Positions 1-8,393 of a DNA stretch of 47,273 nucleotides are shown here, in pieces. The notes beneath the pieces were generated by a model. The model ran no database searches. It was given only the letters and a program-made list of their open reading frames with translations, and was not told the DNA's origin. Numbering within the stretch: position 1 is the first letter of the stretch; each line of letters begins with the position of its first letter. The stretch is from NCBI GenBank assembly GCA_964606975.1, contig CAZSGY010000026.1, forward strand, positions 1 through 47,273. Reading direction: 5' to 3'. The translations under genes and the position numbers were made by a program. The stretch comes from an uncultured Gammaproteobacteria bacterium. GTDB taxonomy: Bacteria > Patescibacteriota > Microgenomatia > UBA8517.

Positions 1-351
1 CCGCCTGTTCCACAGCCTCAACCGGTTGGGCAACCGACAGCGCCGGTTTCGACGATTGAACAGGTTAATCCAGCCCCGCCGCCCCAAGAGCCACCCAAAA
101 AAAGCTCGCCGACATTAACTATTGCCCTGACTTTGCTACTGCTTGCGATTTTAGCGTTAGGCGCATATGTTTTGCTGTCGGGAAATTTTGGAACCTCAGG
201 TGGCAATCAGGCAAAGACTCCTGGACCCACAATAATTCCGACGACTTTGCCGACCGAAGTTCCTTTTGCCTCACCGTCAGCGACGCCGCTTATCGAGGCT
301 TCTCCTTCCGCTTCCAGTAGTCCGTCTGCTTCTCCAAGCTTCAACAACTAA
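1..351 (+). CDS. Pro/Ser/Thr-rich single-pass membrane protein, C-terminal part (5' end outside the window)
   Basis: Frame 1 is open from base 1 (PPVPQPQPVGQPTAPV...EPPKKSSPTLTIALTLLLLAILALGAYVLLSG...) to TAA at 349-351. The TTG at 133 used by the ORF track lies inside the hydrophobic helix, so the true start is probably upstream of the window. No catalytic domain recognised. Confidence 0.45.
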   Translation, partial: PPVPQPQPVGQPTAPVSTIEQVNPAPPPQEPPKKSSPTLTIALTLLLLAILALGAYVLLSGNFGTSGGNQAKTPGPTIIPTTLPTEVPFASPSATPLIEASPSASSSPSASPSFNN

Positions 352-367
352 CCCAAACATGGTTTTG

Positions 368-2416
368 TTATTCCTTTGGCCAAGAAGAGGTAATTAGAAG
401 TTCAGCTTCGCCGATTTCACTCCAAATCTGTTCCGTTATAAAAGGCATAAAAGGGTGAAGCAGTTTCAGGAAAATTAATAAGCCCTTTTTCATTTGTGCG
501 GCTCCGATTTCACCCTTTTTGGAGTTCTCAATTGCTTCATCACAATACCAATGCCAAAATTCGCTGTACAAAAATTCAACAGCCTGGTTTAACTTGTATT
601 TTTCAAGGTATCGTGTGGTTACTTTAATTATTTCGTGAATATGCTTATCAAAAGATTCGTTTACCTTTGCCTCGGCTGAGAAACTTGACACAAAACGGGC
701 TGCATTCCAGAGTTTATTGCCAAACTTCCTTTGAGCGTTAATATTCTCTTCAGAAAGGGCAACATCGTTTTCGACCAACGCGCCCCAAAGTATCCCCATT
801 CTAAGAGCATCGGCTCCATATTTGTCAGCCATTTCAATGGGGTTAATGACATTGCCCTTTGATTTACTAATTTTTTGCCCCTCTTTATCGCGAACAAGTC
901 CATGAATCAATACCTCTTTAAACGGGGTTTTGCCGGTAACATAAATGCCGAGCATAATCATTCTGATTACCCAGAAGGGGAGAATGTCGTAAGCTGTTTC
1001 CATAACTGAAGTGGAATAAAAATAATCAAAGTCATCGGGTTTTGTTGTCTTAAGAGTTGCAAACGGCCACTGTCCTGAGGAGAACCAGGTGTCGAAGGTG
1101 TCCGTATCCTGAGACAGTTTTGCGTGACCGCAATGTCCGCATTTTTCAGGCGTGACTCCGTCAGTAATTGTCCATTCCAGACATTTATCACATCTATAGG
1201 CAGGAATTCTTATTCCCCAGACGATTTGACGGCTAATATTCCAATCTTTGAGATTCTTGTACCAATTTTTAGCAATTTTCTCGAATTTTTTGGCGGCGAA
1301 CTTGACCTCACCTTTTTTGATAGCTTCTAAAGACTTGGCGACCAAAGGTTTTACCTCCAAAAACCATTGTTTAGAAATCATCGGCTCAATTACTCCATGG
1401 TCGCGGTAGCACGTGCCCACAGAGTGGTGGATCGGCTCCGTTTTAACAAGCTTCCCTGCGTCCATTAAATCTAAGACGACTTGTTCACGGGCCGCCTCAG
1501 CCTTTAACCCAATATACTTTTCGGGAGTTCCGACCATTCTTCCGGAGTCATCAATTACGGAAACTGTAGACAATTTGTGTTTCTGACCAATTTCAAAATC
1601 TGTCGGGTCGTGGGCCGGCGTGATCTTAAGTGCACCCGTGCCCGTAGCTATGTCGACCAAAGAATCTTCAATAATTGGAACCTCGCGGTTAATAAGCGGT
1701 ATTTTTGCGGTTAATCCAACCAAGTTTTTATATCTCACGTCCTTGGGGTTTACTGCTACAGCCACGTCGGCAAAAATTGTTTCTGGCCTGGTCGTGGCTA
1801 TCTTAATGTTGCCGTAATTTAAATAATAAAGTTTGTCATCCCGCTCTACATAATCCACCTCAAGTTGGGAATAGGCGGTGCCACAGCGTGGGCAATAATT
1901 AATAATTTTTTCACCCCTGTAGATTAACCCGTCATCATAGAGTTTTTTAAAAGTTCCATAAACTATTTTGACGATTTCAGGATCAAGCGTAAATTTGAAT
2001 CTTGTCCAGTCGCATGAGGCTCCTAGCTTCTTAAGCTGAGATTCCATAACGCCGGTGTTTTCCTGAACGTAATCCCAAATCATTTTATAAAGAGTGTCAC
2101 GGTCGAAATCAAAACGGGATTGCCCCTTTTCTTTAAGTTTTTTCTCGAAAACATATTGGGTTTCGATACCGGCATGGTCGGATCCCGGGAGCCAGAGAGT
2201 GGAGTCTCCCCTCATTCTGTGATAGCGAATTAAAACATCTTCAATAGCTACAAATCTTGCATGGCCTATATGAAGCGGGTCATTGGCGTTTGGAGGGGGC
2301 ATGATAATAGTGAAAGGTTTTTTACCCTTGCCCGTACTTGGAGTGAAAGCGCCCGATTTCTCCCATTTGTCATAAATATTGCCCTCGTATTTGCTGTGAT
2401 CGTAAATAGTATCCAT
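368..2416 (-). CDS. valS: valyl-tRNA synthetase (short, 682 aa)
   Basis: Class I motifs PLHIGHA (HIGH) and KISKSKGN (KMSKS). ValRS-type blocks PPPNANDPLHIGH and GSDHAGIETQ. Editing-domain blocks TTRPETIFADVAVAVNP and TPAHDPTDFEIG. Confidence 0.93.
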   Translation of the reverse strand: MDTIYDHSKYEGNIYDKWEKSGAFTPSTGKGKKPFTIIMPPPNANDPLHIGHARFVAIEDVLIRYHRMRGDSTLWLPGSDHAGIETQYVFEKKLKEKGQSRFDFDRDTLYKMIWDYVQENTGVMESQLKKLGASCDWTRFKFTLDPEIVKIVYGTFKKLYDDGLIYRGEKIINYCPRCGTAYSQLEVDYVERDDKLYYLNYGNIKIATTRPETIFADVAVAVNPKDVRYKNLVGLTAKIPLINREVPIIEDSLVDIATGTGALKITPAHDPTDFEIGQKHKLSTVSVIDDSGRMVGTPEKYIGLKAEAAREQVVLDLMDAGKLVKTEPIHHSVGTCYRDHGVIEPMISKQWFLEVKPLVAKSLEAIKKGEVKFAAKKFEKIAKNWYKNLKDWNISRQIVWGIRIPAYRCDKCLEWTITDGVTPEKCGHCGHAKLSQDTDTFDTWFSSGQWPFATLKTTKPDDFDYFYSTSVMETAYDILPFWVIRMIMLGIYVTGKTPFKEVLIHGLVRDKEGQKISKSKGNVINPIEMADKYGADALRMGILWGALVENDVALSEENINAQRKFGNKLWNAARFVSSFSAEAKVNESFDKHIHEIIKVTTRYLEKYKLNQAVEFLYSEFWHWYCDEAIENSKKGEIGAAQMKKGLLIFLKLLHPFMPFITEQIWSEIGEAELLITSSWPKE

Positions 2417-2444
2417 AATCAGGTCCTACGCCTGTATTTTAACA

Positions 2445-3485
2445 TCAATCTGTTATTTTTGCGCCCGGGTCTCGGTCAATTGTGGTTATAGAGGTGTACT
2501 CGTTTCTTTGGGCTTTGTAATAGGCAGCAACCCCAATCATGGCTGCATTGTCCCCGTACAGTTTCTTTGATTTTGGAAAACTAATATCTATTGAAAATTT
2601 GCGCGCCAGCTTTCTTAAACGTTTTCTTAGTTCTGTGTTTGCAGAAACTCCGCCGCCAACCAATAAATAATTGTAAGCATCCGGCGGCTGGTTTGATAAA
2701 TGAAAGGACAAAATCCGTTCAACGTGGGCAAAGGCGGTATTCTGAAAAGATGCTGCCAGATCTTCGATTTTGTTTTTAGTCAAAGGTTGCTCCGATTCTA
2801 CGAGTCTCGAAAAGGCAGTTTTAAGACCGGAATATGTAAAAATCATTCGTTTTTCCTGACCGGCGATCGGAACCGGGAGTTTATATTTATCTTTATTTCC
2901 AAATTTAGCCATTTTTTCTAAAATCGCGCCACCGGGGTAACCCAAACCCAGCATTCTGGCTGCTTTGTCCAAAGCCTCACCAAGTGCGTCGTCAGTAGTT
3001 TCTGCTAGGATCTCATACGAACCGATTTTATGAATTTTAATTAAAATCGTATTTCCCCCTGAAATTACAAGTCCCAGACTGGGAAATTTAAGATTCGACA
3101 ATTTTTTTGGAGTTCCCGTGCTTGCCAGCGGGCTTAGTACGTGCCCTTCAATGTGATTAACGCCAATAATGGGTTTGTTGTATTTAGCGGCGAGCTTTTT
3201 GGCCCTATCTATGCCGACACCCAGTGCGATTGAAAGACCTGGCCCCGTGGTGACGGCGATAACATCAACGCCCTTCTCAAGAGATACCCGGGCTTTGTAG
3301 AGTGCCTTTTTGATTACCCAATCAATTCTTTCCTCGTGCATGCGCTTGGCGAGAGACGGCATAACTCCGCCAAACTTAGCATGCCATGTAGCCTGTGACC
3401 ATATTGTATTGGAGAGAATACTGGCCCCATCTGTTACGGCAGCGGCTGTCTCATCACAACTGGTATCTATGGCTAAAATTTTCAT
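2445..3485 (-). CDS. tsaD: tRNA N6-adenosine threonylcarbamoyltransferase TsaD (Kae1/Gcp family)
   Basis: N-terminus MKILAIDTSCDETAAAV, then GVNHIEGHVL, VISGGNT and GDNAAMIG blocks typical of TsaD. I prefer the ATG at 3485 to the GTG at 3509 listed in the ORF track. Confidence 0.9.
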   Translation of the reverse strand: MKILAIDTSCDETAAAVTDGASILSNTIWSQATWHAKFGGVMPSLAKRMHEERIDWVIKKALYKARVSLEKGVDVIAVTTGPGLSIALGVGIDRAKKLAAKYNKPIIGVNHIEGHVLSPLASTGTPKKLSNLKFPSLGLVISGGNTILIKIHKIGSYEILAETTDDALGEALDKAARMLGLGYPGGAILEKMAKFGNKDKYKLPVPIAGQEKRMIFTYSGLKTAFSRLVESEQPLTKNKIEDLAASFQNTAFAHVERILSFHLSNQPPDAYNYLLVGGGVSANTELRKRLRKLARKFSIDISFPKSKKLYGDNAAMIGVAAYYKAQRNEYTSITTIDRDPGAKITD

Positions 3486-3524
3486 AACAACAGGTTTCAA
3501 GGATACCACATTTGATTTAAGGTG

Positions 3525-4058
3525 TTATATTTTCTCTGATATTAACAAGGCGGTAGCTCCTTCCTCAGTTCGATAGTAAAGCCCTATTGTCTTTGCCTCG
3601 AATGGATCTAAAAATTTGCTTCTGTCGTAAATATCTAAAAGTTTGCCAATATCGTGTTTGTTAAACTGGCCCCATTTTGCTCTTTTAATTGTTATATGTG
3701 GCGAAAAAGAATGATTGAAGGCCGGATTTTCGGGTAAGGCTTTTTCTAAAATTTCCCTAATTTTTTCAAGCTCATCTGTCTTTTTTATTTTTAAAACAAA
3801 AATGCCGCCTTTGTCGCCGAGAAAACCCAGTTTCTCAGGAATAATAGGTAAATATCCGTTGTGGCGCGGCAGACTTTCCATGACATTCTTTATTTTTGGA
3901 AGTTCCGGTTCGGTAATCTTTCCCATTAAAAGCAATGTCATGTGATAGAAGCTTTTATTTCCGTTTATACTCTGGACCCATCTGAAAAGAGGGCTTTCAG
4001 TTATGGGAATCGCCATATAGGATTTGCTATAAGTTTCCCCAGGTAATGATTCTTTCAT
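3525..4058 (-). CDS. thpR: 2H phosphoesterase family protein (LigT/ThpR-like RNA 2',3'-cyclic phosphodiesterase)
   Basis: Two H-x-T-x motifs of the 2H fold (HMTLLLMG and PHITIKR) in a ~170-aa protein. Start uncertain: 4058 overlaps the upstream gene by 32 nt, and the ATG at 4016 is the alternative. Confidence 0.7.
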   Translation of the reverse strand: MKESLPGETYSKSYMAIPITESPLFRWVQSINGNKSFYHMTLLLMGKITEPELPKIKNVMESLPRHNGYLPIIPEKLGFLGDKGGIFVLKIKKTDELEKIREILEKALPENPAFNHSFSPHITIKRAKWGQFNKHDIGKLLDIYDRSKFLDPFEAKTIGLYYRTEEGATALLISEKI

Positions 4059-5094
4059 TTATCTGTTTACCAAACTCAATGTTCACCCAAATAACAACGG
4101 CCTCATCATCGATCTCACGGATAACGTTTACTACTTTATCTGCCCATTCTATAGAAACAACCGACCTATTTTCAATAACATCTTTAAAATCCAACTGCAT
4201 AAGTTCGGCCGAAGATTCCAATCTCCAGGTATCAAAATGGTGCAAGTTGTATTTTCCGTTTGCTGTTTTATATTCATTTTCAATCGCAAAAGTCGGAGAA
4301 GTTACAAGTTCTTTGATGCCCATGGCTTTTGCCAGGCCTTTAGTGAATTGGGTTTTGCCCGCACCCATATTTCCCTGAAGAGCAAAAACAATCGATTTTT
4401 TGCCGTAATAAGATTCATACTTTTGCCACAATTCTTTGGCACAATTTTGGGTACCCTCCTCATTGGTTGTTAGAACAGTGTTTTCATCGGAGAATTTGAT
4501 TTGCCCTTGTCTTAAGGTTGTGGGTTCGTCAAATGTTGTATCAATAACAGTAGATGGATCACGGGTGGGAAGAGTGCCGGCATCTACGATCAAATCTATG
4601 AGTTTAATTTGTTTTTGACTTAAATTATCCAAAATATCAGAAATCTTGTAAGGACGTTTTTTATAGCTGACATTTGCCGATGTTGCCGTAATTGGCTTGC
4701 CAAATTTGACAAGTAAATCATGAACCAGCTGGTGGCTAGATATTCTTATTCCCACTTTTCCGTCTTCAGATTCAACTCCTTTGGCCAGTTTGTGTTTTCC
4801 CCTGACAATAATGGTTAATGGACCGGGCAAAAACTCGTCAAACAATTTTTTTGCAGATTTATTTATATTCCCGTATTTTTCAGCCATTTTAATATCTTGA
4901 ACTGCAATGGAATAAGGTTTTCCCAGGGGACGGTTTTTATAAGCCGTGAGTTTTTGGACAGCGGATGCATTGGTGGCATCAACGCCGGCGCCGTAGAGCG
5001 TTTCGGTAGGATAAATAACCAATCCTCCGGATTTTAATACATCAATAATCTCATCCAAAAAATTCCGCTTTTTGTCCGCTTTGATTATCCGCAT
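4027..5094 (-). CDS. tsaC/tsaE: TsaC(YrdC/Sua5-type)::TsaE(YjeE) fusion protein, t6A37 tRNA modification
   Basis: Residues ~10-203 are YrdC-like (LVIYPTETLYGAGVDA, ITATSANVS, STVIDTT). Residues ~215-357 are TsaE-like (P-loop LQGNMGAGKTQFTKG, SPTFAIENEY, HHFDTWRL). ATG at 5094 preferred over the TTG at 5100. Confidence 0.85.
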   Translation of the reverse strand: MRIIKADKKRNFLDEIIDVLKSGGLVIYPTETLYGAGVDATNASAVQKLTAYKNRPLGKPYSIAVQDIKMAEKYGNINKSAKKLFDEFLPGPLTIIVRGKHKLAKGVESEDGKVGIRISSHQLVHDLLVKFGKPITATSANVSYKKRPYKISDILDNLSQKQIKLIDLIVDAGTLPTRDPSTVIDTTFDEPTTLRQGQIKFSDENTVLTTNEEGTQNCAKELWQKYESYYGKKSIVFALQGNMGAGKTQFTKGLAKAMGIKELVTSPTFAIENEYKTANGKYNLHHFDTWRLESSAELMQLDFKDVIENRSVVSIEWADKVVNVIREIDDEAVVIWVNIEFGKQINERIITWGNL

Positions 5095-5099
5095 GAGCA

Positions 5100-5105
5100 A
5101 TTATA
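5100..5105 (-). promoter_or_regulatory. -10 box TATAAT, 5 nt upstream of the tsaC::tsaE ATG
   Basis: The minus strand reads GGTTATAAT-TGCTC-ATG. This is the first gene of the tsaCE-thpR-tsaD-valS string. Confidence 0.45.
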
Positions 5106-5140
5106 ACCAGAAGCGGCATAAGAATCACCAGCATCCTGTG

Positions 5141-6898
5141 TTATTGAACCGGCCCTGTACCCCGAAGATAAACAGCCTGCCAGGGTTTGTAGTTGCTAAT
5201 AAAAGTCTTATTAATTGTTTCCTGGCCGTTTCTGGTAACAACATAATTAAAGGTCACTTTTGATCCCCAAGCTTTGTAATCAATTTGCTTGATTGTGCCG
5301 ACAGGAAGTGTGGGATCGTCCTGATAAAGGTCTTCCGGGGGAGGAACGACGTTACTGACAATCGGCTTAGAGATCGTAGCGATACGACCGTCACTTGTAC
5401 CGTAAATTTCAAACACAAGGGAATAATTTTTTGTATCAGCTTTAGCGACGATAAGAATGTATCCCGGAGTGTCGTTCAGAAATTTTAGATCAGGTGAAGG
5501 GCTGTAGACTGTGGCGTCAAGTCCGGGCGGGGAACCTTGCTCATAATAACTTACTCTGTAGGCATGTGCCTGCCGTTCGGTAATGGGAAATCCTGAGTTG
5601 AGTACTGCCCGGAAGAGAGTTGAAGACACCTGACAAACGCCACCACCGTCTCCGAGAATTGTTTTACCGCCGCTAATGATATAAGCCTGTTGGTAGCCGG
5701 TAAAGGCTGACACGTCGCCAAGGGTGTTATTAAACGAAAATGTTTCGCCCGGTTTGACCAGTGTGCCGTTAATCCTGTTCGTTGCCAGAGCGACATTGTG
5801 AACACGGCTGGGTATTGAGTGGTAGTAAGTTGAAGTGCCTCTACCGAGAAGCTCATTGATGCCCAGGTTGTTTACTTTGTCGGTGGTGACCTCGGGTGAT
5901 GTTTTGACAACAGGAACATCAATTTCGAGGCTTTTATCAGTTGTTTTTTCAAGTTGGTCCAGTTTATCGGTAAGCAAACTTTTAAGTTGATCCGTATTTA
6001 CTTTTATTCCATCTAAAGAGGGGGCAAACTCCGTAACCTTACCGTTTTCAAAAACAAATTTTGGGTTTTGAGGTTCCCGCTCGAAGGAATCCTGGGCTTT
6101 ACCCATGAGTTCGGATAGCTCTTTGTCTTTGTAGCCTCCGTTAGGGTCAAGTAGTTTAAAAATATCCGTATCTGTCAGGTTATGGGTCTGATATTCAAAT
6201 TTTAATGCAATACTTTTGCCTAAATATTTTTCGGCACGCAGCGCAAAATCTGTTGCCTGGGCGTCGTTTAAGGTATTATCAATTTCGTCAACAGGAATCT
6301 GAATTTGAGATAAATCGTTGTTGGATAGAGCATGAATAATAGCGGCGGTTAATTTTTCCTGATTTACTTCTTTTCCAGCAGAGCCTTTATTGACGACAAC
6401 TTTGCCATTGGCCTTGTCAACCGAAGGGTCGACGGCGTCTATAGAAATTTGGCCTGCAAGTATCGAAACAATTTTACTAAGTTTATCGTTGTTAATTGAG
6501 AAAATTAGCTCAAAATTCTTGGGAGAAAAAAGAAGCGCCATACGATTTTTGGAATAATTAAAGACATTTCCGGTTCGGGTAAAGTCGTAAACATTGGATA
6601 TGGAGGCGTCATAATCATAGGCCAGATCCATATCCTTAGTTTTAATTTCAAAAGCTTGATCTTGGTAGTTTAAAACTATTTTTTCGGGTACCGAAACGTT
6701 TTTTTCTAAAATTAGTTTTGCATCCTCCTTTGTCCTTCCTGAAACCGATACTCCGGCAACTGTTGAATTGGGATAAATTTTATTGTTGTAGGACAGGAAA
6801 TAGGAAACATAAAGGGATATTAAAATCAAGAAAAAAATAGCTAAAGCTATTGCCATGCTGTAAATGAGTTTTTTGTTTATACGCAGGATTTTTTTCAT
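5141..6898 (-). CDS. VanW-domain protein with N-terminal membrane anchor
   Basis: TM helix MAIALAIFFLILISLYVSYFL. VanW block GETFSFNNTLGDVSAFTGYQQAYII...GGGVCQVSSTLFRAVLNSGFPITERQAHAYRVSYY. Confidence 0.85.
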   Translation of the reverse strand: MKKILRINKKLIYSMAIALAIFFLILISLYVSYFLSYNNKIYPNSTVAGVSVSGRTKEDAKLILEKNVSVPEKIVLNYQDQAFEIKTKDMDLAYDYDASISNVYDFTRTGNVFNYSKNRMALLFSPKNFELIFSINNDKLSKIVSILAGQISIDAVDPSVDKANGKVVVNKGSAGKEVNQEKLTAAIIHALSNNDLSQIQIPVDEIDNTLNDAQATDFALRAEKYLGKSIALKFEYQTHNLTDTDIFKLLDPNGGYKDKELSELMGKAQDSFEREPQNPKFVFENGKVTEFAPSLDGIKVNTDQLKSLLTDKLDQLEKTTDKSLEIDVPVVKTSPEVTTDKVNNLGINELLGRGTSTYYHSIPSRVHNVALATNRINGTLVKPGETFSFNNTLGDVSAFTGYQQAYIISGGKTILGDGGGVCQVSSTLFRAVLNSGFPITERQAHAYRVSYYEQGSPPGLDATVYSPSPDLKFLNDTPGYILIVAKADTKNYSLVFEIYGTSDGRIATISKPIVSNVVPPPEDLYQDDPTLPVGTIKQIDYKAWGSKVTFNYVVTRNGQETINKTFISNYKPWQAVYLRGTGPVQ

Positions 6899-6968
6899 AA
6901 TTTGTCAAAATGTCTTGCCATATTTTAGCCGTGTGATACCATTTAAATATAGACTAATTAGTATTTAT

Positions 6969-8393
6969 ATGCCACCTTCCAACATTTATTCCAACAATCA
7001 AACTCCGGTTGTACAAAATCCGGTAAACACGCAACCTCCCGCGCAGACGCCAAACGTAATTCCTCAGTCGGTTGCTCCTTCCAGAAAAAAGTTCACCAAG
7101 CCGCTTTTAATTATCGGAATATTATTTTTGGTAGCAGTTTTAGTGATGCTGGCGCTCAAGTTTTTTGGTAACCCGGCGGTTAAAAATTCGGGCGAAATAG
7201 TTTGGTGGGGTCTTTGGGAAAATAAATCTATTGTTGAGCCTCTGATTTCGGAGTATGAAGCTGCACATCCCGGAGTAAAAATCACCTATGTAGAACAATC
7301 AAAAGAAGATTATCGCGAGAGACTGACCAACTCTTTAGATAAGAAAGAGGGCCCGGATATTTTTACTTTTCATAACACTTGGGTGCCGATGTTTAAGTCA
7401 GAACTTGATGCGCTGCCTTCGTCTGTAATGACGGCAGCCGATTACTCAAAGAATTTTTATCCGGTTATAGTGTCAGACATGTCTTACGGAAACTCAATAG
7501 TCGGGATGCCGCTCGGTTACGATTCTTTAACTCTTTTTATAAATGAAGATATTTTTGCCAAAGCCGGCAAGAATCCGCCATCCAATTGGGACGATCTTCG
7601 TGACTTGGCAAAAGAACTGACCATAAAAGACGAGAATGGCACTATCACACAATCAGGAGTGGCTCTTGGCAGAACGGAAAACGTTGATCACTGGCAGGAG
7701 ATACTAGCTCTTTTAATGATTCAAAACGGAGTAGATTTACGCAGTCCCGTGGGCCAGAACGCCGAAGACGCGCTGAAGTTTTTCACTTATTTTTATTCAG
7801 TAGACGGAGTTTGGGATACGACCCTGCCCACATCAACTCAGGCGTTTGCAGCGGGAAAACTGGCAATGTATTTCGCTCCCAGCTGGAGAGTGTTTGACAT
7901 TCAAAGACAAAACCCCGACCTCAAATACAGAACCGTTCCTGTTCCTCAGCTCCCCAAAAGTAGTCCCGACGAAGCAGATATAACTTATGCGACTTATTGG
8001 GCAGCAGGGGTTTGGTCCCAAAGTCCGAGCAAATTAACTGCCTGGGATTTTCTGAAATTTCTAACCTCAAATGAATCTTTACAGAAACTTTACCAGAATG
8101 CATCGGCCATAAGAACTTTTGGCGAAGCTTATCCAAGAACTGATATGGCTTCGTTGCTCACAAACCACCCCGTTCTCGGCTCGATTGTTAATCAGGCTCC
8201 GGGAGCAAGGAGTTGGTATCTGGCAAGCCGCACTTTTGACGGGGAAACCGGAATAAACACTCAACTTTCAAATTATTTCAAGGATGCCGTTAATAGTGTG
8301 GCCGATGGGGATAAAACAGAGACGGAGGCCTTGGATACTGTGGGCAAGGGAGTTATCCAAGTTCTGTCTCAATATGGAATTTCTGTAAGATAA
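6969..8393 (+). CDS. membrane-anchored extracellular solute-binding protein (ABC family-1 SBP-like)
   Basis: SBP-like blocks GPDIFTFHNTWVPMF and KLAMYFAPSWR. P/Q-rich N-terminal tail followed by the TM helix LLIIGILFLVAVLVMLAL. ATG at 6969 chosen because the 6864 start would overlap the divergent VanW gene. Confidence 0.7.
   Translation: MPPSNIYSNNQTPVVQNPVNTQPPAQTPNVIPQSVAPSRKKFTKPLLIIGILFLVAVLVMLALKFFGNPAVKNSGEIVWWGLWENKSIVEPLISEYEAAHPGVKITYVEQSKEDYRERLTNSLDKKEGPDIFTFHNTWVPMFKSELDALPSSVMTAADYSKNFYPVIVSDMSYGNSIVGMPLGYDSLTLFINEDIFAKAGKNPPSNWDDLRDLAKELTIKDENGTITQSGVALGRTENVDHWQEILALLMIQNGVDLRSPVGQNAEDALKFFTYFYSVDGVWDTTLPTSTQAFAAGKLAMYFAPSWRVFDIQRQNPDLKYRTVPVPQLPKSSPDEADITYATYWAAGVWSQSPSKLTAWDFLKFLTSNESLQKLYQNASAIRTFGEAYPRTDMASLLTNHPVLGSIVNQAPGARSWYLASRTFDGETGINTQLSNYFKDAVNSVADGDKTETEALDTVGKGVIQVLSQYGISVR

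Noticed and set aside
2417-2444. Possible T-box or other riboswitch leaders upstream of valS (2417-2444) and metG (21659-21703)
   Set aside because: The intergenic spaces are only 28 and 45 nt, far too short for T-box or other known aminoacyl-tRNA synthetase leaders.
6899-6912. Shared 11-mer TTTGACAAATT upstream of both the VanW ATG (6899-6909, minus strand) and the rpsT ATG (42246-42256, minus strand) as a common regulatory motif
   Set aside because: There are only two copies at different distances from the start codons (0 and 8 nt). I found no matching -10 at a proper spacing from the TTGACA core. This is likely chance in AT-rich DNA.
6864-6968. Upstream extension of the solute-binding protein ORF, and likewise 42207-42329 for murJ, 3486-3509 for tsaD and 41814-41837 for the pilN-like gene
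   Set aside because: The extensions overlap divergent or neighbouring genes (VanW, rpsT), or begin at TTG/GTG codons inside promoter-like sequence. Internal ATGs give N-termini typical of the families.
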